In this document: one piece after another, positions 28,501 to 37,100 of the stretch
Position numbering within the stretch: position 1 is the first letter of the stretch
How the letters are laid out: each line of letters begins with the position of its first letter
Source: a virus
Taxonomy: Duplodnaviria; Caudoviricetes
DNA length: 64,000 nucleotides
Virus record (IMG/VR): IMGVR_UViG_2509276064_000002
Location: 1 to 64,000 of that record
Direction: 5' to 3' (one strand)
The notes under the pieces: model-generated
Told to the model about the DNA's origin: nothing
Database searches by the model: none
The model's input: the letters and a program-made list of their open reading frames with translations, nothing else
Position numbers and translations under genes: made by a program

Positions 28501-31500
28501 CTCGCTCTCAGTGACCGCGAGCTGCTGTTCAGCGATGTCAAGCGGACGGCGGGCCAAGTCTCGAGCCTGGGCCTCCATCTGGGCCTGTTTCTGGAGGCGC
28601 TCGCTCATAAGCGCGTTGATGACTGCCTCGCCATCAGCGTTCTCCTGGGCAAGGCCAATTCGCCGGTCAATGTCCGCGATTTCCTGCGCCGTATAAGCGA
28701 GGCGGTCCTGCAACCCACGGGTGACAGCTGCATCACTGCGGGCGATGGCCTGCTCGTAGTCCAGTTCGGCACCCGTCAGCGAGAGGCGAGAGGCAAGGAG
28801 TGCGTCTACCGCAGCGCGTTCGTCGTCCTCCAACCTCGTGATGCTCTCCTGAAGGCCGGCGCGGCGCTCGGTGAGCTCGTTGATGCGCTCATATGTGGCC
28901 CCGTTTGCCTGAGCATTGGCGAGCTCCGAGTCAGTCACCGCAAGGCGTTCCTGATCGAAGCGCAGGAGGTCAGCACGTGCACGGGTGCGCGCCTCATCTC
29001 CCTTGGCCAGATCCAGGGTGGTTTGAAGCTGACTGCGTTGGGTAGCAACCTGCTGCTGTGCCCGTTGCCGGTCGTCGTCGCCGTACTGTTTGAGGTTGTC
29101 CCGGAGGGTGAGCTGCTCGCGCTCCAGAGCAAGGATGTCTTCCTGGGTACCCCCCGTCGCTCGCAGGGTTGCCAGTTCCTGGTCAATGGCGGCGAGGCGG
29201 TTCTGATCGATGTTCAGAAGATGGGCGCGGGCAGTAGCACGGCCTTTCTCCGTGCTTGCCAGGTTCAGTTGAGAGACAGCTTCTTCCCGGGCATAGTCGC
29301 GGGCATCCTTGATGCGGTTCTTGATGAGTTCCAGGACCCGGGCGCGCTCCTGGTCATTCCCGGCCAGGTTCTGCTGGATGGTGTCCTGCTGGCCTTCCAG
29401 CTCGGTGCGCTGGCCTTCCAGTTGCCCGCGCTCCTGTGGGGTCTTCGCCTTTTTAAGGGCTGCGTCAATCCGCCTCAGACCCTCGTTCGTTTGGAAGAGG
29501 CGGTTGTTCCAGTACTGATGATCGACGGCGAGGGCCTGCTGGTAACCCGCTGTGTCAACGTTCTTCCCGGCCTCAAAGCGGGTCTTCGCGAGCTTCAAGG
29601 CCGCTGCTTCTGCATCGTCTTGCTGCTTGCGGTAGAAGGCCTGGTCAGCCTGCAGCACGGCGACGTTGCGACGGGCATTTGCGTCCTGCACGATGCCGTT
29701 CAGGTCATTCATGCGGGACTGCATCTGGCGCCCCGCGTCCCCCAACTGTTGCTGTGGGGTCAGCTTGGCAAAGCTCTTCTGGAGGTCGGCGATCTCTTTG
29801 TTGGCTCCCTTCAGAATCTCGTTGAAGGGAGAGGCGGCCGAGGAACGCGCCTTGCCCAGCGCCGTCTGATCGATCCCCGCCAGACGGTCCCGCAGCTCCA
29901 GGGCCCGGTCGCTGCTGTCGGAGAGCTGATGCGCAAAGTCACGGGCATTCTCGCTGGCCTGCTTCGTGATGGTTTCGAGGGCCGAATCAATGGCCGCCAC
30001 CTTGCCACCGTCGCCTGATGCCAGGGCCTTCGCGCGCTCGGCTTGTAGGGTGCGTCCCAAGGACGCAATTTCCCTTCCGGTGGCGTCCTCCAGGCCCTCC
30101 AGGCGTTTGGCGAGGCTCTCCTTGTAGATGGTCAGGCGTTCTTCCTGAACACGCTTGTCCTGTGCCAGGAGAGCCGTGCCCAATTCGGCCTGCTGGCTGA
30201 GTTCGAGGTTGCCGAGATTGGTCAGGTACTTCTGGCGGGCCGCTGTTTCCAGCTCGCCACGTCGGTTACCAGCGGTTTCCGCTTGTTTGAGTTCCTGATC
30301 AAGGGTCTGCTTGAGGGCCGCACGCTGGGCCTCTCCACTGACCCGGATGCGCTCCTGCTCCATCTGCGCGAGGACGGGTCCGTAGTGCTCCTCAATGGCC
30401 AGTTTCGCCTGGACGTTCTCGCCGGCCAGCGCGAGGTCCCGGTCACGTTCCTGCTCGACCAGTCGGATGCGAGCAGCGCTACCCGTTGCCTGGGCTTCAA
30501 GCACCTGCTGCTGAGCCGCGCGAACGCTCCGCAGCCGCTCCTGGTCAATCTCAACCAGATCTTGGTTCCCCTTGCGCTGAATGGCTGCGACTTCTTCGGC
30601 CTGCTTGCGCTGGAGCTCGCCAGCGTTTTCCTGGAACTGGCGGCGCGCCGCGGGGGTGGGGGCGCTTTTCGCGTTCTGAAGGGCGGTCTTGATCTCCTCG
30701 CCGTAAGCCTTCTTAACGTCGTCCACCTGGCGCTGCAATTCGACCTGGCGGCGTTGCCGGCCATCTTTCACCAAGGCAAGCTGGGCATCTTGGACGGCTC
30801 GCTCGTGCTTGATGCGGGTCTCGCCATCCTCTTTAAGCTGGCGGTCGGTGATGCCCTGGAGAATGGCTCCCTGATCGGTTTGGGCACGCTTTTTAAGGGC
30901 TGCCCCCTGGAGCGGAGTGAGTTCACCCTTCTCCAGGAGCTTATCGACTTCTTTGTTGAAGTCGGCGAGGCTCTTGCGGGCGTCCTGCAAATTCTTCTGG
31001 AAAGTGGTTGTGCCGCTCTCGCTGAACTTCGTTTTCAGATCGTCGAGTTTCTGGAGAAGACCGTCATAGGCTTCGGTCTGTTCAGCAGTCGCCGCAACGT
31101 CCGTTCTCTTGCTTTTTGAGGCCGCGAGGCGTGCCGCTTCGGCGTCTGTCTCGGCCTGAATCTCTTTTTTCAATCCAAGGAGGCGTGCATCAAGCTCCTT
31201 GTTGCGCTCGTCGCTGTTCTCGAAGTTGTAACGAAGGTTGATGGTGAGGAGCTGGTTGGCTTTCAGGTTGCCGAGCTTGCCCTGGCCACGCAGTTCCTTG
31301 ACGCGGGCCATCATCCCTTCGAACTGATCCTCCAAGACCTTTTCAGTCTGATCTACGATAGCTCGTGTATCCGCAGAGAACTTAAGCGCATATGCAGCTA
31401 AGCCCCCTGCCAGAAGGGCAATACCTGCTAATGCGGATGCGGCGGCAACGGGAATAGCATTTAACGCGCCGACGAATCCAATAACTCCTCCGGTATTGAA

Positions 31501-33210
31501 GCCAATGGCACTAGCCAGCGCCACAGCCCGTAAGCCTGCCGCCACCTTCGTAAAGAGTTGCGCGGCAACCGAAGCGCGATATAGGGCCACCAAGCCAGCA
31601 AAACTGGAATCAGCCAGGAGCAGCCGAGCTGCTTGGCCGTTCAAAATCATGGCAGTAGTAATAGCACCAAAGCCAACGACCAAGGCGGTTGCATAAGCCT
31701 TAAATGTTTCTCGATTATTTAGCAGTAGGTCCATTTGGCGGACCAATTTAGCTATGGAATCAATAGTGTTGCCCAGCTTTGAGCTAAACTGCTGCGCGAA
31801 AGTTAGTGCCAAATCATCAACGGCGTTGCGCAATCTTTCTGTTGCTTTCCCTGCGCCTTCCGTCATAGCTTTCGCGTACTGGTTTAATGCTCCTTCTCCT
31901 TCTTTCAAGGCGTTATTGTATTTTTCTACACTATCTCTCATATTAAGGAAGCCGACGATTCCTCTAGAGCGAAAAATCTTACTGGCCGCTTCTACGCTAT
32001 CCGCTTGACGAATAGTCGCCTGAGTTGCCGAGTCGTAAGAATCACCAGATACGGCAGCTGCCTTGCGTAAATCAATTAAGATGTCACGCACATTACGGGC
32101 AGAGCCATCCGCATTCTTCATTTCAACGCCGAGCTTTTTAATTTCCTGGCTCGCAACACCCGTAGGGCTGGCCAGAGCCAACAAAACAGCTCTAAATGCG
32201 TTTGCTCCAATCGTACTTGCTTTGAGCCCAGTATTATCCAAGGCAACCAAATTTGCAGTCGTCTCTTCGATCGAGAATCCAGCACGAGCAGCTATTGGCC
32301 CCACAACGGATAACCCCTGCTGTAATTCTTTGGCTCCTGATGCTGCAAGCAGTGATCCCTTTGCAAATACATCGCCAAAATGCGCTGCTTCCGCTGCGGC
32401 TTTTGGGCCATCCAGGCCAAACTGGCGTAGGTTCGCAAGAAGCAGACTGCTGCTTTCTGTGAGCGACTGCCCCTCCGCTGCTGCCAATTTGTAGCTAGTG
32501 GCTACCAGTTTTATAGCATCAGCTTCTGCCAGCCCTTGTTTTGTCAGGTCCGCAATGCCTGTTCCCAGCTCAGCCCGATTGAATTGTTGCGCAACTCTAC
32601 CGCCTTGAGATTGGAGCAGCCGCACGCGAGCATCAAGGCCATTCCCAAGACCTTCGCCTTGAGCATTCAAAGTGTTTACGGCTGCTTGAAAATCATTGAG
32701 CTGCTTGATGCCGTGAGAAGCCAAACTGGCCGCCGCTACCCCAATAGCCGCCAGTCCCCCAACCAGAGCAAACGAGCCTACTGTATTAAGCCGTTGAGCA
32801 GTCGTCAGTCCATTGAGGGCCACCGTAGCCGTACTTGCCGCCGATGCGAATAATCCGAGCGGTCCAGGGATGAAGGCGAACACGCCCGAGAGGCGCTGCG
32901 ACATACCCAGATTGGCTCCCGCGGCTGCCGTGAGGCGCATGACGCTGCGCTCAGTGTTCAAGAGGGCCGCAGAGGCTGCGGGGAGGCCAGGAGTGGCCAT
33001 GCGGAGGGTGATGGTGCGGGTATTGGTCCCGCCTAGGCTGCCGAGCTGTGCGCGGAGAGCGGCGACCTGGGAGAGGGCACGCGTTATGCCGCTGGTGTTC
33101 AAACTGATGTTACGCACTGCGGCTAGGCGGGTTAGTTCGGTATCAACGCGGCCTAATTGCACAAGGGCGTTGTTGACATCGAGGAGATAGGTGTCTTGCA
33201 AGGTAGCCAT
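25501..33210 (-). CDS. Tail tape measure protein (2569 aa)
   Basis: N-terminal PhageMin_Tail-like block (ELGTGIADLTKQGL...LQQGLSVVGPIAARAGFSIEETTA), long helical coiled coils, 88-aa repeats. Confidence 0.92.
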   Translation of the reverse strand: MATLQDTYLLDVNNALVQLGRVDTELTRLAAVRNISLNTSGITRALSQVAALRAQLGSLGGTNTRTITLRMATPGLPAASAALLNTERSVMRLTAAAGANLGMSQRLSGVFAFIPGPLGLFASAASTATVALNGLTTAQRLNTVGSFALVGGLAAIGVAAASLASHGIKQLNDFQAAVNTLNAQGEGLGNGLDARVRLLQSQGGRVAQQFNRAELGTGIADLTKQGLAEADAIKLVATSYKLAAAEGQSLTESSSLLLANLRQFGLDGPKAAAEAAHFGDVFAKGSLLAASGAKELQQGLSVVGPIAARAGFSIEETTANLVALDNTGLKASTIGANAFRAVLLALASPTGVASQEIKKLGVEMKNADGSARNVRDILIDLRKAAAVSGDSYDSATQATIRQADSVEAASKIFRSRGIVGFLNMRDSVEKYNNALKEGEGALNQYAKAMTEGAGKATERLRNAVDDLALTFAQQFSSKLGNTIDSIAKLVRQMDLLLNNRETFKAYATALVVGFGAITTAMILNGQAARLLLADSSFAGLVALYRASVAAQLFTKVAAGLRAVALASAIGFNTGGVIGFVGALNAIPVAAASALAGIALLAGGLAAYALKFSADTRAIVDQTEKVLEDQFEGMMARVKELRGQGKLGNLKANQLLTINLRYNFENSDERNKELDARLLGLKKEIQAETDAEAARLAASKSKRTDVAATAEQTEAYDGLLQKLDDLKTKFSESGTTTFQKNLQDARKSLADFNKEVDKLLEKGELTPLQGAALKKRAQTDQGAILQGITDRQLKEDGETRIKHERAVQDAQLALVKDGRQRRQVELQRQVDDVKKAYGEEIKTALQNAKSAPTPAARRQFQENAGELQRKQAEEVAAIQRKGNQDLVEIDQERLRSVRAAQQQVLEAQATGSAARIRLVEQERDRDLALAGENVQAKLAIEEHYGPVLAQMEQERIRVSGEAQRAALKQTLDQELKQAETAGNRRGELETAARQKYLTNLGNLELSQQAELGTALLAQDKRVQEERLTIYKESLAKRLEGLEDATGREIASLGRTLQAERAKALASGDGGKVAAIDSALETITKQASENARDFAHQLSDSSDRALELRDRLAGIDQTALGKARSSAASPFNEILKGANKEIADLQKSFAKLTPQQQLGDAGRQMQSRMNDLNGIVQDANARRNVAVLQADQAFYRKQQDDAEAAALKLAKTRFEAGKNVDTAGYQQALAVDHQYWNNRLFQTNEGLRRIDAALKKAKTPQERGQLEGQRTELEGQQDTIQQNLAGNDQERARVLELIKNRIKDARDYAREEAVSQLNLASTEKGRATARAHLLNIDQNRLAAIDQELATLRATGGTQEDILALEREQLTLRDNLKQYGDDDRQRAQQQVATQRSQLQTTLDLAKGDEARTRARADLLRFDQERLAVTDSELANAQANGATYERINELTERRAGLQESITRLEDDERAAVDALLASRLSLTGAELDYEQAIARSDAAVTRGLQDRLAYTAQEIADIDRRIGLAQENADGEAVINALMSERLQKQAQMEAQARDLARRPLDIAEQQLAVTESEVKLRDILAHRAGDALLSAQRNLEVTRDSIKSLQARINKEGEGALSDEERRQAQVKLNELLGQEQQERDAIVEAQFAQRAAQDDLLQSQVKLADALARVGDNAVVVAARNLSATQQSIALLRQRLAVEGDGQLVGDARTKAQTELNGLLTTEIEQRRALARAPLELAAEQLSLLESQVKLRDTLAGLDDNAVLSAQRQLQATRDEISLQQQRLAASGDAALSPEERVKAQEKLNGLLATEVQQRRAVAQAELDQAARQRSILDSEVKLATLLAGQDDGVTTARQDLEALERQLVAQRDLVANGERLGRTAEQRLQDQERLVQLETDEVAKVRAVGAALRGQADQARQLVDAQDRLSRARAGQDDAVSGARAELEGIQRQLVQARRNLLDSTLTPQQRVETERQIVDLQTSEVEGYRKIVDAQQESFRKDQQREVQARRLALTRSRLADDPVAIARLELLDTQQQLAFEREVERTASTVERQRAAADRISGLLQQEEDGVRKLGSAYVEAAQRSVDMIGARRKAELELAGLADDAVLSAQLELDVTTRQLGLDQDRLKRADELHLTLREREDLELRIEQTQARQVTQERSLLLAERERVRVLESLSDSTRNLRLESATPSDNPVTEATRRLEEATTIRARAQRTLQEAQADLLANPMDPKRIDALKAAQDGYTSAISGSRKAVEGLSSAYREQLGLITGVQEATQRLANSVQPTPEGQKPKIDTNLEIDRFQAIQERRNAAFQRLQAAMRTGDDKLITKALNDFNPLDERIRKQQALLKDAGISVSLDNELPIKDLLKQLERRGVQQEREATQLEQQAAIADQNSKTVDQFGQFSASFGESVQRLIESQQEAQATPPASPSPTPAAPSLPTPGPTTYTFDGQTFYTAEALEAYKREWYRRNNPQYYFNQDAIARAAIKPADVQQAVTALVQDVLSATVPRRDSGVPSGDINSVSNIRNVTYNDEVNIGPVTVVAAPGESPEQLYDKIQSVARTRKRRTGDC

Positions 33211-33229
33211 TTAGCACCTCCTTTCGGGG

Positions 33230-33254
33230 AATGAAAAGCCGCCCCGAAGGGCGG
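33230..33254 (-). terminator. Hairpin plus TTTTCATT immediately upstream of the tape-measure RBS
   Basis: CCGCCC-TTCG-GGGCGG then CTTTTCATT, then GGAGGTG and ATG. Confidence 0.7.
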
Positions 33255-33315
33255 TGATGTTGTTTTCTGGTCATGTTGTGCCACTCTTGTTAGGGGCAAA
33301 AGCTAAGGTAAAGCC

Positions 33316-33654
33316 ATGCTTGAACTGATGGTGGCCATCGTCCTTGGGACAACGATCTGGATGGGTTATGACTCTGCGCAACACAAAATCGCTGTGGATA
33401 GTAAGCCTTACAGTGCCAACAACGGTGCTGCAGCCTGGGTCCTGAGCGGGATATTCCTCTGGATTGCAACGTTCCCCTATTACCTCGTAAAACGCTCTCG
33501 GGCCGTCTCTAGTGGGTCCATTGCTGCTCCCCCTATTGCGCCCGCCCCTGCTCGCCCCCTCAGCGAGGAGTTGGCTGCCCTCTCAGACCTTCGTGCTGCC
33601 GGGAAAATCTCTGAGGCCGACTACGAACGCGCCAAATCCAAGCTCCTCAAATAA
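33316..33654 (+). CDS. Membrane moron with C-terminal SHOCT-like domain
   Basis: 2 TM, Pro linker, EELAALSDLRAAGKISEADYERAKSKLL; TAAGGT 6 nt before ATG. Confidence 0.8.
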   Translation: MLELMVAIVLGTTIWMGYDSAQHKIAVDSKPYSANNGAAAWVLSGIFLWIATFPYYLVKRSRAVSSGSIAAPPIAPAPARPLSEELAALSDLRAAGKISEADYERAKSKLLK

Positions 33655-33682
33655 AGAAGCCCGCGCTAAGGCGGGCTGCTGG

Positions 33683-34399
33683 CTATGGGACGGGGAAGCG
33701 ATCAGGCATAAACTCCCAGGGCATTTTTGCGTTTTTAGAGAGGTTGCATGTGGCGCAAGCAGCAACAAGGTTTTCGGGGTAATTGGTGCCACCTCTTGCT
33801 AGAGGGATGAAGTGGTCTATATGCCAAGCCTCCCTCCCAAGCCTCTCCCCACAGTAAAAACAGCCGCCCCTTTGTTTTTTCATTATTAGATGTATATCCC
33901 AAGAAGTAAAACTACCAGGCGCAGCTAGCCGCCGTGCTCGATAGTTTTGCTCCCTTGCGCGGTATTTCTCAGGGTCTAATGCATAGTCGCGCGCCCGCCA
34001 AGCCTTTTGTCTGAGACGGCCCCTCTCTGTATGATTGGCCTTTCTATATAATTCCCTTGATTTATTTATATTAGCAGCACGCCATGAGGCAGACTTCTTG
34101 CGTCGTACAATTTGCACTCGGTCCCGCAGAGTCGGGTCACCAAGCATCGCCTCCTTAAGAGCTTCGTACCGCCGCTTCTTGTAAACCAGACGTTCCGCCC
34201 GATATTTGGCATGTGCGGCACGGTTGCCAGCGCGCACCGCCTCTCGGTTGCTAGCTGAGTACTTCTGCTGCTTGGTCCTGAAGCATGATTTGCAATAAGA
34301 ATGCAAGCCCAATCGATCCTTTTTGTTTCCATAAAAAAATTCGCGAGTGGCAAGCTTCTCCTCCCCACACTTCGTGCAACGCCGCACCTCAGGAGTCAC
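33683..34399 (-). CDS. HNH endonuclease with N-terminal Zn ribbon
   Basis: CTKC...YCKSC; HIDHFIPLARGGTNYPENLVAACATCNLSK. Confidence 0.85.
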   Translation of the reverse strand: MTPEVRRCTKCGEEKLATREFFYGNKKDRLGLHSYCKSCFRTKQQKYSASNREAVRAGNRAAHAKYRAERLVYKKRRYEALKEAMLGDPTLRDRVQIVRRKKSASWRAANINKSRELYRKANHTERGRLRQKAWRARDYALDPEKYRAREQNYRARRLAAPGSFTSWDIHLIMKKQRGGCFYCGERLGREAWHIDHFIPLARGGTNYPENLVAACATCNLSKNAKMPWEFMPDRFPVP

Positions 34400-34712
34400 G
34401 CTTGCACCCGACCTCGAACCGTGCGGGCCGGAACTCCCAGGGGAACTTATCGGCCTTCTCCCGGTTGCACTCCGGGCAGGCGAGAACGATGTTTGACATG
34501 AAGTTGCTCCCTCCCCGGCTCAGCGGTACGAAGTGATCTACTTGATACTTACGCTTCCCAACCCAATCCAGTTTCTCCCCGCAGTAATGACAGAGCCCTT
34601 TCTGCTTATCAAGCCGCATCTGCACATCCCACTTGTCGAAGCTGCCCCGCGCGCCGTACTTCACAGCCCGGCGTTTGTGCTTGCTCCGGTAGGCATCGTT
34701 ACTCCTGAGCAT
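34389..34712 (-). CDS. HNH endonuclease
   Basis: CHYCG...VDHFVPLSRGGSNFMSNIVLACPECNREK. Confidence 0.85.
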   Translation of the reverse strand: MLRSNDAYRSKHKRRAVKYGARGSFDKWDVQMRLDKQKGLCHYCGEKLDWVGKRKYQVDHFVPLSRGGSNFMSNIVLACPECNREKADKFPWEFRPARFEVGCKRDS

Positions 34713-35457
34713 GGATCACCCCGTAGATGACCTGCACAGCGTGCTTGCAAGCCTGATACGCCTCCTTGTGGTCACTGGGCTGTTTGGCAATTAGGACGGC
34801 AGCCAATTTGCTTTCCAGCCAGCGCACGTCTGCGAGCTGCGCTTGGCTGAAGTGGTCGCGGATAGGTGCCGACTTCTTTAGGCCGTGCGCCTCGCGGTAC
34901 TCGGCTGGGCTGCGTCCGATGACAGCGCGGGTCACGAGCTTGCTCACGTTCTCGATCAGGCGGTTCTCTGGGGCGTGCCAAACATGCAGCACGTCCATGA
35001 GTTCGGCCCGGCCAGCTTTGACGGCGGCTCTCGCAGCCAGCCAAGCGGCATCAGCAGCATTCGTGTTCCTCTGCAACACTTCATCGGCCAACGTGATGTC
35101 GCCTTGGCGGTAGCGCTGGATGAGCAACTTCACCCACTTCTTGAAGGGGCGGGCCTGTTCCAGTTCGCTGCCCATGATGAGGCCATAGACCCCGACTTCG
35201 GAGATGACTACAACTTCTTGGGTATGGCGGGCGCGGGATGTGATGGCGGTATCTGAGGCCCTGTTTTGGGGCGTCACATGGAGGCGAACAGTCGTCTTTT
35301 CGTCGGCATCCACATGAGCGGCCAGGGCGTTGCGGGGCTTCTTGTAACCGAGGGCCTGGGCCACATCACGCCCAACGAACCAGAGTTCACCGTCGCGCTC
35401 CACGGTCCTGAGTGGGCTGCCTTCAAAAATCGGGGTTGCCAGTATTGGTAGGTGCAT
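34699..35457 (-). CDS. BRO-N domain antirepressor-like protein
   Basis: FEGSPLRTVERDGELWFVGRDVAQALGY...VISEVGVYGLIMGS...ARPFKKWV; RBS GGAGG before ATG 35457. Confidence 0.85.
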   Translation of the reverse strand: MHLPILATPIFEGSPLRTVERDGELWFVGRDVAQALGYKKPRNALAAHVDADEKTTVRLHVTPQNRASDTAITSRARHTQEVVVISEVGVYGLIMGSELEQARPFKKWVKLLIQRYRQGDITLADEVLQRNTNAADAAWLAARAAVKAGRAELMDVLHVWHAPENRLIENVSKLVTRAVIGRSPAEYREAHGLKKSAPIRDHFSQAQLADVRWLESKLAAVLIAKQPSDHKEAYQACKHAVQVIYGVIHAQE

Positions 35458-35531
35458 AGACCCTCCCGCCTGAGTCGGCGCAGGTAAGGGGCGCACCCGT
35501 GTGTTTCAACGGGTGCTGCCGGTTTACTTAC

Positions 35532-35861
35532 TCAGGCTGCGAGGCGGAAGGGTTGAACTCCCTCCTGAGCGAGCGTCCCCGCCTTGTACTCATCGAGCAA
35601 CTTCCCGCCGATCTGGCCCAGTTGCTCGCTCAAATCAATGATTCCGGGGCTGGTTCCCCAGATACCGACCCACGCCTCAACCGCCAACCGCACCTGGGCT
35701 TCCAACTGGAAATACGCAGTGTCGTAGAGGGCATAACGCTGGGCGCACCGAGGGCAGTAATGCTCAACGTGGCCCTCCCGGTGGTGGTAAATCACGCCAT
35801 TGGGAGTACCGCAGGAATCGCACTTGCGGTAAAGGGGGGCGGTCGCCGCCTCCCCATTCAC
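35532..35861 (-). CDS. Zn-ribbon hypothetical protein
   Basis: CDSC...CPRC; GTG overlaps the upstream stop. Confidence 0.65.
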   Translation of the reverse strand: MNGEAATAPLYRKCDSCGTPNGVIYHHREGHVEHYCPRCAQRYALYDTAYFQLEAQVRLAVEAWVGIWGTSPGIIDLSEQLGQIGGKLLDEYKAGTLAQEGVQPFRLAA

Positions 35862-36076
35862 GCGACCATCTCCAAGCTCTTGCCGTTGGTGCTCATGAAG
35901 CGAACCTGGGCGCTGTGCCGGTAGGTCATGAGGTTCGCCCGGTAACGCCCGCAGGCGTACTCGGTGATGAAGCCCCGGCTGAAAGGGTTCTCCTGGCGTA
36001 CCCAAACCCGGCCATCTGCCGTCGTGATGGTGTCGGGCGTCGGAACTTTGTCAGTGCTGCTAGCGTACTCTTGCAT
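35858..36076 (-). CDS. Small hypothetical protein, first gene of the leftward switch operon
   Basis: Divergent from the XRE gene at 36222; coupled to the next gene. Confidence 0.65.
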   Translation of the reverse strand: MQEYASSTDKVPTPDTITTADGRVWVRQENPFSRGFITEYACGRYRANLMTYRHSAQVRFMSTNGKSLEMVA

Positions 36077-36146
36077 TGATCCACTTCCTTACAGGGATTC
36101 CAAGAAGGCCTTGCTTCCTAGGGCGTTCGCCTTCTTGGTATCCATA

Positions 36147-36188
36147 TATTACCAGCCCTCTGGTAATAGTGCAAGAGGTCTGGTAATA
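36147..36188. promoter_or_regulatory. Operator pair: perfect TATTACCAG-N4-CTGGTAATA plus a second imperfect site
   Basis: Inverted repeat 36147-36168; extra CTGGTAATA at 36180-36188; lies between divergent genes. Confidence 0.7.
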
Positions 36189-36221
36189 TTTCCTTAGGGC
36201 CGGAGAGCCCACACTAGGAGG

Positions 36222-36446
36222 GTGATCGTGCGCTGGAAGGTAAAAGAGTTTTTGGACAGCAACAACAAGACCGCATACGCGCTATGGAAGGCATCAGGGC
36301 TGTCACGCACAACTACCTATGCCATCGCACAGGGCGATATGGAGGGCGTGCAATTTGACACCCTGAGCAAGTTAGTGGAGGGATTGGAGAAATTAACAGG
36401 TAAGCGTGTGGAGATAGGCGATCTCTTGGAAGTGGTGCGGCCATGA
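36222..36446 (+). CDS. XRE/Cro-C1 (HTH_26-like) regulator
   Basis: TAYALWKASGLSRTTTYAIAQG...VQFDTLSKL...IGDLLE. Confidence 0.85.
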   Translation: MIVRWKVKEFLDSNNKTAYALWKASGLSRTTTYAIAQGDMEGVQFDTLSKLVEGLEKLTGKRVEIGDLLEVVRP

Positions 36447-36976
36447 CCCAGTTCGTCTATGTGCTGGAAGACAAGAACACGCACCTACTCAAGATCGGAA
36501 TTTCCCTTGACCCTGAATTTCGCGCCAAGCAGGTTGGTAAAGAATTTGGAACTGATGTGGTGGTGGCTGGCGTATTGAAAGTGGACGATGCCCGCCGCAC
36601 AGAGCAGTTTCTTCATAGCATGTTCTCCGAGCGCCGAGTGGTTGGGGAATGGTTTGAGTTGACAGAGAAGCAAAAGGGCTATCTGCTGGCCTACTTTATT
36701 GACAAGCCTCAAAAGAGAGATGCCCGAGGCACAAAGGCCCCTCCAAAGCGGCGTCCGCCCGCGCTGCCCCGTAGAACGGATTTTGCTCTTCAGAAACTTC
36801 AAGGGGGGAGCTGGAGCATCCTTACACCCGATGGAATGGTGGGGAGTGTGCAACTCAAAGAAGGGGGCAACTCTTTGGGCTTGGAGATTAAGAGCAGGGA
36901 GCAGATCGAAGCCTTGCGAGGCATCCTTGACGCCCTAGACCTCGAACTCGTCGCCGTCCCCAAAAAAAACGTGTGA
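36443..36976 (+). CDS. GIY-YIG (T5orf172-like) nuclease-domain protein
   Basis: FVYVLE...LLKIGIS.DPEFR...EQFLH..FSERRVVGEWF. Confidence 0.8.
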   Translation: MTQFVYVLEDKNTHLLKIGISLDPEFRAKQVGKEFGTDVVVAGVLKVDDARRTEQFLHSMFSERRVVGEWFELTEKQKGYLLAYFIDKPQKRDARGTKAPPKRRPPALPRRTDFALQKLQGGSWSILTPDGMVGSVQLKEGGNSLGLEIKSREQIEALRGILDALDLELVAVPKKNV

Positions 36977-37100
36977 CCTTACAGGTGTGAGACATCCCTT
37001 TACTGGATTGTCGCGCGCTGAGACGCTATTGCCATTGTCCCCCTACAATTACAAAAAGTGGCTCCCGCAATTACTGCGGGAGATTTCTCTAATTCAATAA

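Noticed and set aside
26182-31119. Long plus-strand ORFs (26860..28251, 28306..30018, 30283..31119)
   Set aside because: Antisense shadows of the GC-rich tape measure; no RBS or recognisable domains
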